Shown here: piece after piece, positions 18,987-28,143 of the stretch
Numbering within the stretch: the stretch's first letter is position 1
Layout of the letters: every line of letters starts with the position of its first letter
DNA from: an uncultured Burkholderiales bacterium
Lineage (GTDB): Bacteria > Pseudomonadota > Gammaproteobacteria > Burkholderiales > Burkholderiaceae_C
Length of the DNA stretch: 64,000 nucleotides
Direction: 5' to 3'
Assembly (NCBI GenBank): GCA_903856995.1
Contig: CAIODK010000042.1
Coordinates: 10,259 to 74,258 of the forward strand
Position numbers and translations under genes: made by a program
Notes under the pieces: model-generated
Told to the model about the DNA's origin: nothing
What the model saw: only the letters and a program-made list of their open reading frames with translations
Database searches by the model: none

Positions 18987-20630
18987 TCAAGCAGCGTGGT
19001 CACGCAACATTTCACGTAACTTGAATTTCTGTATCTTTCCAGAGGGTGTGGCTGGCATGGCGTCGCGGATATCCAGTTTTTCAGGGATGTACTGAAGCGC
19101 AATTTTTTGGTCCTTGAAGTACGCCACCAAGCCGGGTAAGTCCAAGCTATGGCCAGGCCTCAAAACCACAACGGCACAGGCACGCTCACCCAAACGTTCG
19201 TCAGGATATGACACGATGGCCGCCATGGCAATCGCTGGATGGCGATAGAGCAATGATTCGATTTCGACCACAGGAATGTTCTCGCCACCGCGAATGATCA
19301 CGTCTTTGCTTCGCCCCGTGATACGCACGTAGCCTTGCGCATCCAAGCGCGCCAAGTCACCCGTATCAAACCAACCTTCCGCGTCTGTGCTGTTGAGGTG
19401 CGAGCGCTTCAAATAGCCACCGAAGTTAGAGCATGCGCGCACATACAACTTACCGGCCTCGCCCGTTGGCAGAGCGACGCCGTCGTCATTCACCACTTTG
19501 AGCTCAACGCCAGGCAGAGGTGACCCATCCGTGGTGAAAGCCCGCTCATCGGGGTCATTGATTTCAATCAAGGTGACCGCACCGTTTTCGGTCATACCCC
19601 AAGCGGAGACGATCTTTGTACCCAAAACACTACGCGCTTGCTCAACCAAGGGGCCAGGAATCGGTGCACCAGCACACAAGAAGGTGCGCAGTGTGGGGAC
19701 GTCCTTGCCAGACGCTTCGACGGTTTTCGCCAAATCCGTTAAGAACGGCGTGGACGCCATGGTGAACGTCACGCCTTCGTTGCGAATTAAATCAATCGCC
19801 TGCACCGGCTCCCACACATCCAGCAGCACAACGCTTGACTTGAGCATGATGGGCATCATCAACCCATACATGAAGCCCGTTTGATGCGCCATGGGTGAAG
19901 CCATCAATACGACATCATTCAATCCCAAGTGCAAACGTTCGGCATACGGAATGATGTTGGCCATCGTCGTGTTGGCTGTGTGCATCACGCCTTTTGGCTC
20001 ACCCGTGGTGCCCGAGGTATAGATGAGTTGCGTCACATCATCCGGACCAGGACGGTGCTTTGTCAGCACCTCTTTGGCATTACTTTCTTTTTCCCACTCT
20101 GGGCCACTGAGCAAAGCATCGAAACTGTTGGCGCCTGTTCCGTTCACCACCACCACATGCTTCAAGTCAGGCAATGTGGGTTTGAGTTCGTGAACCATGG
20201 CTTCGTAATCAAAACCCCGGAATGCTTGGGGAATGATGAAAACTTTGGCCTCCCCGTGCTTGAGCATGAATGACAACTCACGCTCACGAAAGATGTGCAT
20301 GAGTGGGTTCATCACCGCACCAATGCGTGAGCACGCCAGATAGGTGACAGTGAATTGCCACCAATTGGGCAACTGACAGGCCACGATGTCGTTTTTCACC
20401 ACGCCGAGTTTGGTCAAACCGATGGCGACACGGTCGGCCATGTTAGATAACTCACGGTAGGTCAGGCGCGTGACTTTGCCACTTTCTGCTTGCACTGCGG
20501 TGAGTGCCGTTTTATCGGGGAAAGTGGCCACACAGGCATCTAAATCATCGTTGATGGTACGGTCATGCCAGAGACCTTTGGCAATACTTTGTGCACGACG
20601 TGATGGGATTAAAACTGCATCGAATTCCAT
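18987..20630 (-). CDS. aliA: Cyclohexanecarboxylate-CoA ligase
   Basis: YTSGTTGEPKG, WGMTE, FDTGD, PSGKIQK motifs; N-terminus MEFDAVL; in operon with badH/badI/aliB. Confidence 0.85.
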   Translation of the reverse strand: MEFDAVLIPSRRAQSIAKGLWHDRTINDDLDACVATFPDKTALTAVQAESGKVTRLTYRELSNMADRVAIGLTKLGVVKNDIVACQLPNWWQFTVTYLACSRIGAVMNPLMHIFRERELSFMLKHGEAKVFIIPQAFRGFDYEAMVHELKPTLPDLKHVVVVNGTGANSFDALLSGPEWEKESNAKEVLTKHRPGPDDVTQLIYTSGTTGEPKGVMHTANTTMANIIPYAERLHLGLNDVVLMASPMAHQTGFMYGLMMPIMLKSSVVLLDVWEPVQAIDLIRNEGVTFTMASTPFLTDLAKTVEASGKDVPTLRTFLCAGAPIPGPLVEQARSVLGTKIVSAWGMTENGAVTLIEINDPDERAFTTDGSPLPGVELKVVNDDGVALPTGEAGKLYVRACSNFGGYLKRSHLNSTDAEGWFDTGDLARLDAQGYVRITGRSKDVIIRGGENIPVVEIESLLYRHPAIAMAAIVSYPDERLGERACAVVVLRPGHSLDLPGLVAYFKDQKIALQYIPEKLDIRDAMPATPSGKIQKFKLREMLRDHAA

Positions 20631-20677
20631 AGATGTCTCCTCGTTGGATTGAGATTTATATATTTATAAGTCAGATT

Positions 20678-21835
20678 TTATGAAGGAACAAACTGCCGAC
20701 CAGCACGCGTGCGCGCAATGATGGTCTTCATAATTTGCGCTGTCCCGTCACCAATCTGGAAGCCCAACACATCACGCAAGCGTTGCTCCATCAGACCGCG
20801 GTCGTAACCCCCGTGCCCGTAGCACAGCAAGCATTGATGAATCACATCGTAAGCCAGCTTAGGGCCCCACCACTTAGCCATACCCGCTTCTGCTGTATGA
20901 GGTAAACCCTTGTCTTTGAGCCACAAACCTTGCAGGCACAACAGGCGAGCGCCCTCCACTTCGGTGTCGAATTGCGCGAGCGGATGGGTCACACCTTGGA
21001 AGGCCGACAGCGGTTGACCAAAGGCCTGACGTTGTGTGATGTATTCCCATGTCTCATCCAACGCCACACGGGCCACCGCCAACACCTGCAAACCAATGAG
21101 TGAACGCGAGAAATCAAAACCGTGCATCACTTGCACAAAGCCTTTGTTCTCATCACCCAGGCGGTGACTCACAGGGATGCGGACGTTCTCGAAAAAGATA
21201 GAACCACGACCGATGGCGCGTTGGCCATGGCAATCAAAACGATTGGTGGTCAAACCCGGTGTATCCATTGGCACAAGGACGGCGGTCACCCCATGCGCAC
21301 CATCACTCGGGGCACCCGTGCGACCAAAAACGACAGTGATATCAGCCTGGTCTGCCGCAGAAATGGATGTTTTTTCGCCATTGATAACATAGAAGTCGCC
21401 ATCGCGCTCCATGCGTAATCGTAAATTGGCGGCGTCTGAGCCACCGCGAGGTTCTGTCAACGCAATCGCGCAAATGGCCTCACCTTGGGTCAGCTTTTTC
21501 AACCACGGCCCCACCACTTCAGGCGCTCCGTACTTGGACAAAATTTGACCATTCAATGAGGCCAGTAAGTTCAGATATGAGAAGCTCAAATCAGCTCGGG
21601 CAATTTCTTCATGAATTACGCCTGCGGCCAAGCAACCCATACCCAAGCCACCAAACTCTTCAGGTAATTCAGGGCAAATAAATCCGAGCGCCCCCATCTC
21701 ACGCAGCAGATCGCGGTCGAGCACACGGGTTTTGTCACGCTCTAGAAAACCTGGCTTCACACGTTCGTCTGCAAATCTGCGTACGGTCTCTGCGAGTGTT
21801 TGCAGGTCTTCGTCAATATAGGGGTTCGGATTCAT
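20678..21835 (-). CDS. aliB: Cyclohexanecarboxyl-CoA dehydrogenase (AliB/BadJ)
   Basis: ACAD motifs ALTEPRGGSDA, RQAFG, QIGDGTAQIMK; cluster context. Confidence 0.85.
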   Translation of the reverse strand: MNPNPYIDEDLQTLAETVRRFADERVKPGFLERDKTRVLDRDLLREMGALGFICPELPEEFGGLGMGCLAAGVIHEEIARADLSFSYLNLLASLNGQILSKYGAPEVVGPWLKKLTQGEAICAIALTEPRGGSDAANLRLRMERDGDFYVINGEKTSISAADQADITVVFGRTGAPSDGAHGVTAVLVPMDTPGLTTNRFDCHGQRAIGRGSIFFENVRIPVSHRLGDENKGFVQVMHGFDFSRSLIGLQVLAVARVALDETWEYITQRQAFGQPLSAFQGVTHPLAQFDTEVEGARLLCLQGLWLKDKGLPHTAEAGMAKWWGPKLAYDVIHQCLLCYGHGGYDRGLMEQRLRDVLGFQIGDGTAQIMKTIIARTRAGRQFVPS

Positions 21836-21870
21836 CTGAGGGCTCCAAATTGGCGCGTTACTGGGTGGAT

Positions 21871-22653
21871 TTATTTGACATATTTACGAAACTCAGGCTT
21901 ACGCTTTTCCTTCAGCGCATTCACGCCTTCGCGTGATTCCTCGGTTTCGTAATACAGCTTGAGTGCGTACATACCTAAGCCTGCGATGCCTGACTGGTGC
22001 GCCGTGTCTGCATTGAAGCTGCGCTTGGCAATGGCCAAGGCAGTGGGGCTACGTTCGCATATCTCTTCGCCCCACTTTTGCACTTCAGCATCCAGCTGAT
22101 CGTGCGGCACGCACACGTTGGCGAGGCCCATGGCCACGGCCTCAGCACCGGAGTAGCGGCGGTTGAGGTACCAAATTTCACGGGCTTTTTTCTCACCCAC
22201 CACGCGCGCCAAGAAAGCGGTGCCATAGCCTGGGTCTACCGACCCCATCTTGGGACCCACTTGTCCAAAAATGGCTTTATCCGAACAGATGGTCAAGTCG
22301 CAAACCGTGCACAACACGTTGCCGCCACCAATGGCGAAACCTTGCACACGAGCAATCACGGGCTTTGGCACATCACGTATGGCCGTGTGCAACTCTTCCA
22401 TTGGTAAGCCGATGGTCCCGCGACCGTCGTAGTTACCGTCGTGCGCAGATTGGTCACCGCCCGTGCAAAAAGCACGGTCACCGGCACCTGCCAACACGAT
22501 GGCACCAACGCTACGGTCATAACCAGCCTTGTTCAAGGCTTTGATGATTTCATCGCACGTGGTTCCACGAAAAGCGTTCATCTTGTCAGCACGGTTGATC
22601 GTGATCCATGCCACGCCGTTGCGGTTTTCGTAAAGGATGTCTTCGAATTGCAT
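21871..22653 (-). CDS. badI: 2-ketocyclohexanecarboxyl-CoA hydrolase (MenB-like crotonase)
   Basis: AFCTGGDQ, AIGGGNV, QVGPKMGSVDPGYG motifs; start at MQFED after a GGAG RBS. Confidence 0.88.
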   Translation of the reverse strand: MQFEDILYENRNGVAWITINRADKMNAFRGTTCDEIIKALNKAGYDRSVGAIVLAGAGDRAFCTGGDQSAHDGNYDGRGTIGLPMEELHTAIRDVPKPVIARVQGFAIGGGNVLCTVCDLTICSDKAIFGQVGPKMGSVDPGYGTAFLARVVGEKKAREIWYLNRRYSGAEAVAMGLANVCVPHDQLDAEVQKWGEEICERSPTALAIAKRSFNADTAHQSGIAGLGMYALKLYYETEESREGVNALKEKRKPEFRKYVK

Positions 22654-22685
22654 GAGTGTCTCCAAATGTAGGGGAATGGTTGAAA

Positions 22686-23453
22686 TTAACCGTGCATGGT
22701 CAAACCACCAGAAACGCTGATGACCTGACCGGTGATGAAGGAAGCATCGTCACTACCAAAAAAGGCAATGGCGCTGGCCAAGTCTTCGGGCTGACCCAAG
22801 CGGCCCAAAGGAATCGCGCTACGAAAGGCTTCGATTAATTTAGCTGGATCCCGTGCACCTTCGGCGACCCCAGCTAACAAGGCGGTATCAGTCGGACCTG
22901 GGCAAACCACATTGACCGTGATGTTGTGACGCGCATGTTCGCGTGCCAACGTTTTGGACAAAGCCACCAAACCGCCTTTGCATGCGGAATAGACCGCCTC
23001 ACCAGATGACCCGCCACGCGCAGCGTCTGATGCGATGTTCACAATGCGACCGGCATTGCGAGCCACCATGCCAGGCAACACAGCGTGCAACATGTGCAAA
23101 GCGCCCGTCAAGTTAATGGCAATCAGCTTGCTCCACTCATCAGGAACGGATTTAACGAAAGGTTTGAACACATCCCAGCCCGCGTTGTTGACCAACACAT
23201 CAATCGGACCCAACTGTGCAATAGCAGCAGCGACAGCGGCATCCACCGCCACACGATCTGTGATGTCGCACCTAAAAGCGGCAGCGACGCCACCAGAAGC
23301 ATTGATGCCATCGGCCACCTGTTGCGCACCTTGCAAGTTCATGTCAAACACCGCCACCTGCCCCCCCTCTGCAGCGAATCGACGGCACGTGGCGCCACCG
23401 ATGCCCCCAGCACCTCCGGTGACGATGATGGTTTTGTTTGTAAATTTCTGCAT
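22686..23453 (-). CDS. badH: 2-hydroxycyclohexanecarboxyl-CoA dehydrogenase (SDR)
   Basis: TGGAGGIG, NNAGWD, SSGEAVYSACK, VCPGPTDT motifs; start at MQKF after GGAG. Confidence 0.88.
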   Translation of the reverse strand: MQKFTNKTIIVTGGAGGIGGATCRRFAAEGGQVAVFDMNLQGAQQVADGINASGGVAAAFRCDITDRVAVDAAVAAAIAQLGPIDVLVNNAGWDVFKPFVKSVPDEWSKLIAINLTGALHMLHAVLPGMVARNAGRIVNIASDAARGGSSGEAVYSACKGGLVALSKTLAREHARHNITVNVVCPGPTDTALLAGVAEGARDPAKLIEAFRSAIPLGRLGQPEDLASAIAFFGSDDASFITGQVISVSGGLTMHG

Positions 23454-23521
23454 GCGGCGCTCCATGTTTGGCAAGGTTGTTATGCTTTGCGTCAACATTC
23501 TGAATTTTTTAAAATCCAATA

Positions 23522-23552
23522 TATGTCAACGTGTTGGTGTATATTACGTCAA
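23522..23552. promoter_or_regulatory. Candidate MarR operator: imperfect TACGTCAA-N4-TTGACGTA palindrome plus an extra half-site
   Basis: TATGTCAA-CGTG-TTGGTGTA at 23522-23541 and TACGTCAA at 23545-23552, in the badH/marR divergent region. Confidence 0.55.
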
Positions 23553-23592
23553 ACGCAATAGTTCTCGCAAACATTTTTTCGAGCAATTTATC

Positions 23593-24099
23593 ATGGTTTA
23601 CCCTAAAGATAGCAACAATTTAGCACGCATGGAATTAGCCAACCGGTTATTTTTCCGGCTCTATCAATGCGCCAACATGTTGCATAAAACAGGCAGTCGA
23701 GCCTTAGAAAAAGAAGGTCTCACCACGCAGCAATGGGCTGTACTGGGCGCCCTCTCTCGCCCTGAGGCTGAGGGCGGAATGAGTGTGGGGGACTTGGCGC
23801 GTTACTTGAAGGTCAGCCGCCAAAACCTATCCGGTCTGATCGGGCGAATGGAGCGCGACGGTCACATCGAACTACGGGCCGACACACGCGATCGCCGAGC
23901 CAAACGGGTGACCATGACCAAGAACGGGCGCAAGGTGTGGGAAAAAGACGCACAACCCAAAATACGCGCGTACTACGATTCGGCGCTGACTGATTTCTCG
24001 ACGGGTGATTTGACGCATACCCTCCACTACCTCATGAAGTTGCTCGGCAACATGGAGGAAATTGATCAATCCATCGAACCCAACACCGAAACCGAATAA
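23593..24099 (+). CDS. MarR-family regulator (BadR-like role), divergent from badH
   Basis: LTTQQWAVLGAL, SRQNLSGLIGRMERDG, DRRAKRVTMT motifs; true start MVYPKD lies within the longer ORF 23035..24099. Confidence 0.88.
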   Translation: MVYPKDSNNLARMELANRLFFRLYQCANMLHKTGSRALEKEGLTTQQWAVLGALSRPEAEGGMSVGDLARYLKVSRQNLSGLIGRMERDGHIELRADTRDRRAKRVTMTKNGRKVWEKDAQPKIRAYYDSALTDFSTGDLTHTLHYLMKLLGNMEEIDQSIEPNTETE

Positions 24100-24102
24100 G
24101 GC

Positions 24103-25005
24103 TCAAATCGTTTTTCCGTTCATGGATTGCAGCGCACGCACGCGAAACTCGGAAGGCGTCAGCCCCATATGTTTCCTAAAAAACCGCGTGAAATAAGCCT
24201 CGTCGACAAACCCGACCAAATTGGCAACTTGTTTGATGCCATCGCCTGAGTAGACCAACTCACGCTGGGCCTCGTGCAGGATGCGTGCATTCACCACGTC
24301 TTGGCTCGACACATTCAAGACCTCGCGGCACAGACGCGTGAGATGCCCTGCAGTCAAACCCATCTCACTTGCGTAGTACGCCATCGGTCTTCTTTGACGA
24401 AAGTGCTCGTCGACCAACGCTCGAAATTTTTCAATCTGCTGCGCTTTACGCGAGTTATGCGCCATACGCGGAGACTCCAGCACATTGCTCAGCCGTGCCA
24501 CTTGCACCAACAACGCCATGACCAACGACATGCCTGCAGCCACTTGCCCCACCGCGTGTACGCGCCACTCACGCTCAATGCCCAAAAACAAAGGCATCAA
24601 CGCCTCAGCGTGACGACTTGACTCCTCCAATTGCAAGATTGCCGGCTTGCGCAAGACGGACACAAGTTCTGGCATCACCACGGAGGCCATGGACTCCAAC
24701 GACTTTTGTGCCGCTGTGACCACCGGCCCATCAATGTTCGTACTGAACTGAAAGCCATGCACGTTTTGGGATGGTATTAATATCAACGCAGGGCTGTAGA
24801 CCTTGTAGCGCGCATCATTGATGAACACGTCACCCTCACCCTGTGTGAGATACAAAATCTGTATGAAAGCGTCGTGAGTATGCGGGCGTATATCGTAGTT
24901 ATAAGGGGACGAACGCACCGGTATCCACTCAAACTGAAATGAGTTAGTCCATCCACTTTGCTGACGATCGCCATACAAGTCATAACTAGGGATTGAGCTT
25001 TTCAT
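24103..25005 (-). CDS. AraC-family regulator with N-terminal cupin domain (PobR/HpaA-like)
   Basis: IPSYDLYGD, IRPHTH, GFVDEAYFTRFFRKHMGLTPSEFR; AGGAGA RBS before ATG 25005. Confidence 0.85.
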   Translation of the reverse strand: MKSSIPSYDLYGDRQQSGWTNSFQFEWIPVRSSPYNYDIRPHTHDAFIQILYLTQGEGDVFINDARYKVYSPALILIPSQNVHGFQFSTNIDGPVVTAAQKSLESMASVVMPELVSVLRKPAILQLEESSRHAEALMPLFLGIEREWRVHAVGQVAAGMSLVMALLVQVARLSNVLESPRMAHNSRKAQQIEKFRALVDEHFRQRRPMAYYASEMGLTAGHLTRLCREVLNVSSQDVVNARILHEAQRELVYSGDGIKQVANLVGFVDEAYFTRFFRKHMGLTPSEFRVRALQSMNGKTI

Positions 25006-25116
25006 GAGGGTATCTCCTAGGTATAAATGCATGAATTGTCCTAATGACTGCAGGTTTCGTCAAGTTCAAATTGAATCAGAAAACGCAAACTACAAGCACT
25101 TCAACAGGTGCTGACG

Positions 25117-25935
25117 ATGAACGAACCAAAACATTGGCTGGGATTACAAGAGCGTGTATGCGTGGTCACAGGTGCGGCCAGCGGCATCGGCGCAGGCATT
25201 GCACAAGCATTAGCACAAGCCGGTGCAAAAGTTGCCTTGCTCGACCGCAACATCGAAGGCTCACGAGCCGTTGCCGCCAGACTCACCGCGCAAGGCGCAA
25301 CCGTGATCTCCATTGCCTGCGACACCACCCAGGAAATTCAAGTCAAAGAAGCTGCAGCACGCGTGGCCCAAGAGCTAGGGCCCTGCTACGCACTCATCAA
25401 CAACGCTGGCTTGCTTCGTTCCGGTGGGCTCAATGAGGTCAGCCTCGAAGATTGGAACTACGTCCTCAACGTCAACCTCACAGGCTACTTGCTATGCGCA
25501 CGCACATTCGCAAAGTCAATGCGCGATGCGGGCGGAGGCGCGCTTGTACACGTCGCTTCGATCGCTAGCAAATTTCCACAAACAAGCAGCGGTGCTTACA
25601 GCGCTAGCAAAGCGGGTGTGCTGCTGATGTCACGTCAAATGGCTGTGGAATGGGGCGATCAAGGCATACGCAGCAACGCGATTTGCCCCGGCATGATCCG
25701 AACCCCGCTCTCTGCCAAGTTTTATGAAGAGCCCGGCTTGGAAGCCAAACGCGCCGCAGTCACGGCCAGTCGTCGCGTGGGCGAGCCACAAGACATTGCA
25801 GACGTCGCCGTCTTCTTGGCCAGCCCACGTTCAGCATATGTCAACGGCGCGGAGCTGGTCGTCGATGGTGGCATGTCCTCCATGTTGATGGATATGGTGC
25901 CCCGCCCCGGCTTTAACTCACAAGTAACGAACTAA
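25117..25935 (+). CDS. SDR oxidoreductase
   Basis: TGAASGIG, NNAG, YSASK, VDGG motifs. Confidence 0.9.
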   Translation: MNEPKHWLGLQERVCVVTGAASGIGAGIAQALAQAGAKVALLDRNIEGSRAVAARLTAQGATVISIACDTTQEIQVKEAAARVAQELGPCYALINNAGLLRSGGLNEVSLEDWNYVLNVNLTGYLLCARTFAKSMRDAGGGALVHVASIASKFPQTSSGAYSASKAGVLLMSRQMAVEWGDQGIRSNAICPGMIRTPLSAKFYEEPGLEAKRAAVTASRRVGEPQDIADVAVFLASPRSAYVNGAELVVDGGMSSMLMDMVPRPGFNSQVTN

Positions 25936-25953
25936 TTTCATTTGGAGAACACG

Positions 25954-27660
25954 ATGTCTGAAAATTTTGAGTGCGATGTGATTGTGGTGGGCTCAGGCGC
26001 TGCGGGCTTGACTGCGGCCATTACCGCGAAAAAACGAGGGCTCAAGGTCATCGTTCTTGAAAAAGAACCTGTCTTTGGCGGTACCACAGCGCTGTCAGGT
26101 GGCGTACTGTGGATTCCACTCAACGAACACGGGCGAAAGCAAAACCCTGACGACACACGGCTCGCAGTGCGAACCTACATGATGCAAGAAACTGGCAGTT
26201 ATTTTGATGAGGCGGCGGTCGACGCCTTCATTGAAAACGGTCCCAAGATGGTGGCTTTTTTCGAGCGCGAAACTGAGATGAAGTTCGTACCCACGATGTA
26301 CCCCGACTACCACCCGAACGTTGCAGGTGGCGTTGACATTGGTCGCTCAATCTTGGCTGCGCCATTCGACATTCGACGGTTAGGCAAAGACATGCTGCGC
26401 TTGAAGCCGCCACTCAAAACCATCACATTCATCGGCATGATGTTTAACTCCTCCAATGCCGATTTGAAACATTTCTTTCAAGCCACGAAATCATTGACGT
26501 CATTTATCTATGTTGCCAAACGCTTGATCACGCACATCAAAGAGTTGGCGCTGTATCAGCGAGGCATTCACGTCACTAGCGGCAACGCGTTGGCTGCACG
26601 CTTGGCGAAATCAGCACTCGACTTAAATATCCCCATTCTGACAAGTAGCCCCGTCGTTGAAATACTGATGGAAAACGGGAATGCAATCGGCGTACGTACT
26701 GGCGGAGAGCATGGCGAAAAGCGGTTGACGGCACGTCATGGCGTGGTGTTAGCTTGTGGAGGATTTCCACACGATGTGAAGCGAATCGCGAAGGCCTACC
26801 CACACCTTCAACGTGGCGGTGAACATCTTTCACCAACACCCGTTAGCAACACAGGCGACGGACTAAATATGGCGGAGGTTGTAGGCGGCAAAGTAGAAAT
26901 TCGCTTCAAAGATGCCGCAGCTTGGATGCCTGTGTCTTACGTTCCTTATGCAAACGGCGAGTTCGGCGTATTCCCACACTTGTTGGATCGCTACAAACCC
27001 GGCATCATCGGCGTACTCAAAAATGGCAAACGATTCACCAATGAAAGCAACTCTTACCACGACGTAGGCGCTGATTTGATTCGCGCCTGTGCAGGCCAAA
27101 AAGACACCACCATGTGGTTGATCTGCGACAAACTCACACTCGCAAAATACGGCATTGGGTTTGTCAAACCCGCACCCATGCCCGTGGGTCGATTCTTGCG
27201 CAACGGCTACCTACTCAAAGGCAACACTTTGGCAGAACTCGCTAAAAATGCGGGCATTGACCCAGCGGGCTTAGAGCAAACCGTCCATGAATTCAACATC
27301 GGGGCAGTCAAGGGCGAAGACTCTGCGTTTGGCCGAGGCACCACGACCTTCAACCGCTATTTAGCTGACATCGAAAACAAACCCAATCCCTGTGTCGCAC
27401 CGGTACAAAAGGGCCCTTTCTATGCCGTCAAAATCGTCATGGGAGATTTAGGCACATTCGATGGAATTCAAACCAGCGTGGCGGGGGAAGTACTCAGAGA
27501 CGATGGTTCTGCCATTGACGGTCTCTACGCCGTAGGCAATGACCGCGCGAGCATCATGGGTGGCAACTACCCTGCAGCTGGCATCACACACGGGCCAAAC
27601 ATGACCTTTGGTTTTGTAACAGGCAACCACATCGCCGACAAAGCAGGCGTCCACGCATGA
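25954..27660 (+). CDS. FAD-dependent oxidoreductase, 3-ketosteroid delta1-dehydrogenase/fumarate reductase flavoprotein family
   Basis: VVGSGAAG, GGTTALSGG, YPDYHP, LACGGF, RFTNES, GLYAVGN, GNYPAAGITHG motifs. Confidence 0.85.
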   Translation: MSENFECDVIVVGSGAAGLTAAITAKKRGLKVIVLEKEPVFGGTTALSGGVLWIPLNEHGRKQNPDDTRLAVRTYMMQETGSYFDEAAVDAFIENGPKMVAFFERETEMKFVPTMYPDYHPNVAGGVDIGRSILAAPFDIRRLGKDMLRLKPPLKTITFIGMMFNSSNADLKHFFQATKSLTSFIYVAKRLITHIKELALYQRGIHVTSGNALAARLAKSALDLNIPILTSSPVVEILMENGNAIGVRTGGEHGEKRLTARHGVVLACGGFPHDVKRIAKAYPHLQRGGEHLSPTPVSNTGDGLNMAEVVGGKVEIRFKDAAAWMPVSYVPYANGEFGVFPHLLDRYKPGIIGVLKNGKRFTNESNSYHDVGADLIRACAGQKDTTMWLICDKLTLAKYGIGFVKPAPMPVGRFLRNGYLLKGNTLAELAKNAGIDPAGLEQTVHEFNIGAVKGEDSAFGRGTTTFNRYLADIENKPNPCVAPVQKGPFYAVKIVMGDLGTFDGIQTSVAGEVLRDDGSAIDGLYAVGNDRASIMGGNYPAAGITHGPNMTFGFVTGNHIADKAGVHA

Positions 27661-27995
27661 ACCACCTCAGCAAACCCCTCATCGATCACCGCATCTACAC
27701 CATTGCCCTGCGCAAGATGCCTGAGTTTTTAGACGTATTCAATCGCTTGGCAATGCCGCTCCTGCTTGACACATTGGGGCATCCCCTAGGGTTTTACACC
27801 AGCCTGGTCGGACCCCAAAACCAATTTATACACCTGTGGGGCTACGACGATTTAGCCGACTACGAGCGACGCTGCAAAGCACGCGACACACACCCCGAAT
27901 TTCCCGCCTATTTGGCTGCATCAGGTCACCTCATTACGGCGCAAGAAACACGACTCATCAAAGCAGTTGACATGCCTTCCTGGCAGATGCGGTGA
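27657..27995 (+). CDS. NIPSNAP family protein
   Basis: IDHRIYT...HLWGYDDLADYERR; 112 aa; ATGA overlap with the flavoprotein gene. Confidence 0.85.
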   Translation: MNHLSKPLIDHRIYTIALRKMPEFLDVFNRLAMPLLLDTLGHPLGFYTSLVGPQNQFIHLWGYDDLADYERRCKARDTHPEFPAYLAASGHLITAQETRLIKAVDMPSWQMR

Positions 27996-28017
27996 GCATG
28001 CGGGCATTCGCATCAAC

Positions 28018-28128
28018 TGAATCAATGTATTTACATATATTTTTTAGGGAAAACGATAGTTTTTAACTTATGAAAATCGAACTAAATCTCTTTGCTATTC
28101 ATGATAATAACGTAAATACATTGACGTA
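28018..28128. promoter_or_regulatory. Two candidate MarR operator sites upstream of the SDR-liv operon
   Basis: TGAATCAA-TGTA-TTTACATA (28018-28037) and AACGTAAA-TACA-TTGACGTA (28109-28128); they share a 13 bp inverted repeat and match the motif at 23522. Confidence 0.55.
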
Positions 28129-28143
28129 TTTAATTCAACACAC

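Noticed and set aside
21871-22653. menB (naphthoate synthase)
   Set aside because: Neighbours badH, aliB and aliA, and the absence of men genes, favour BadI.
23035-23592. Apparent 354-aa MarR fusion protein
   Set aside because: The N-terminal part is antisense to badH and crosses the promoter region; the real gene starts at 23593.
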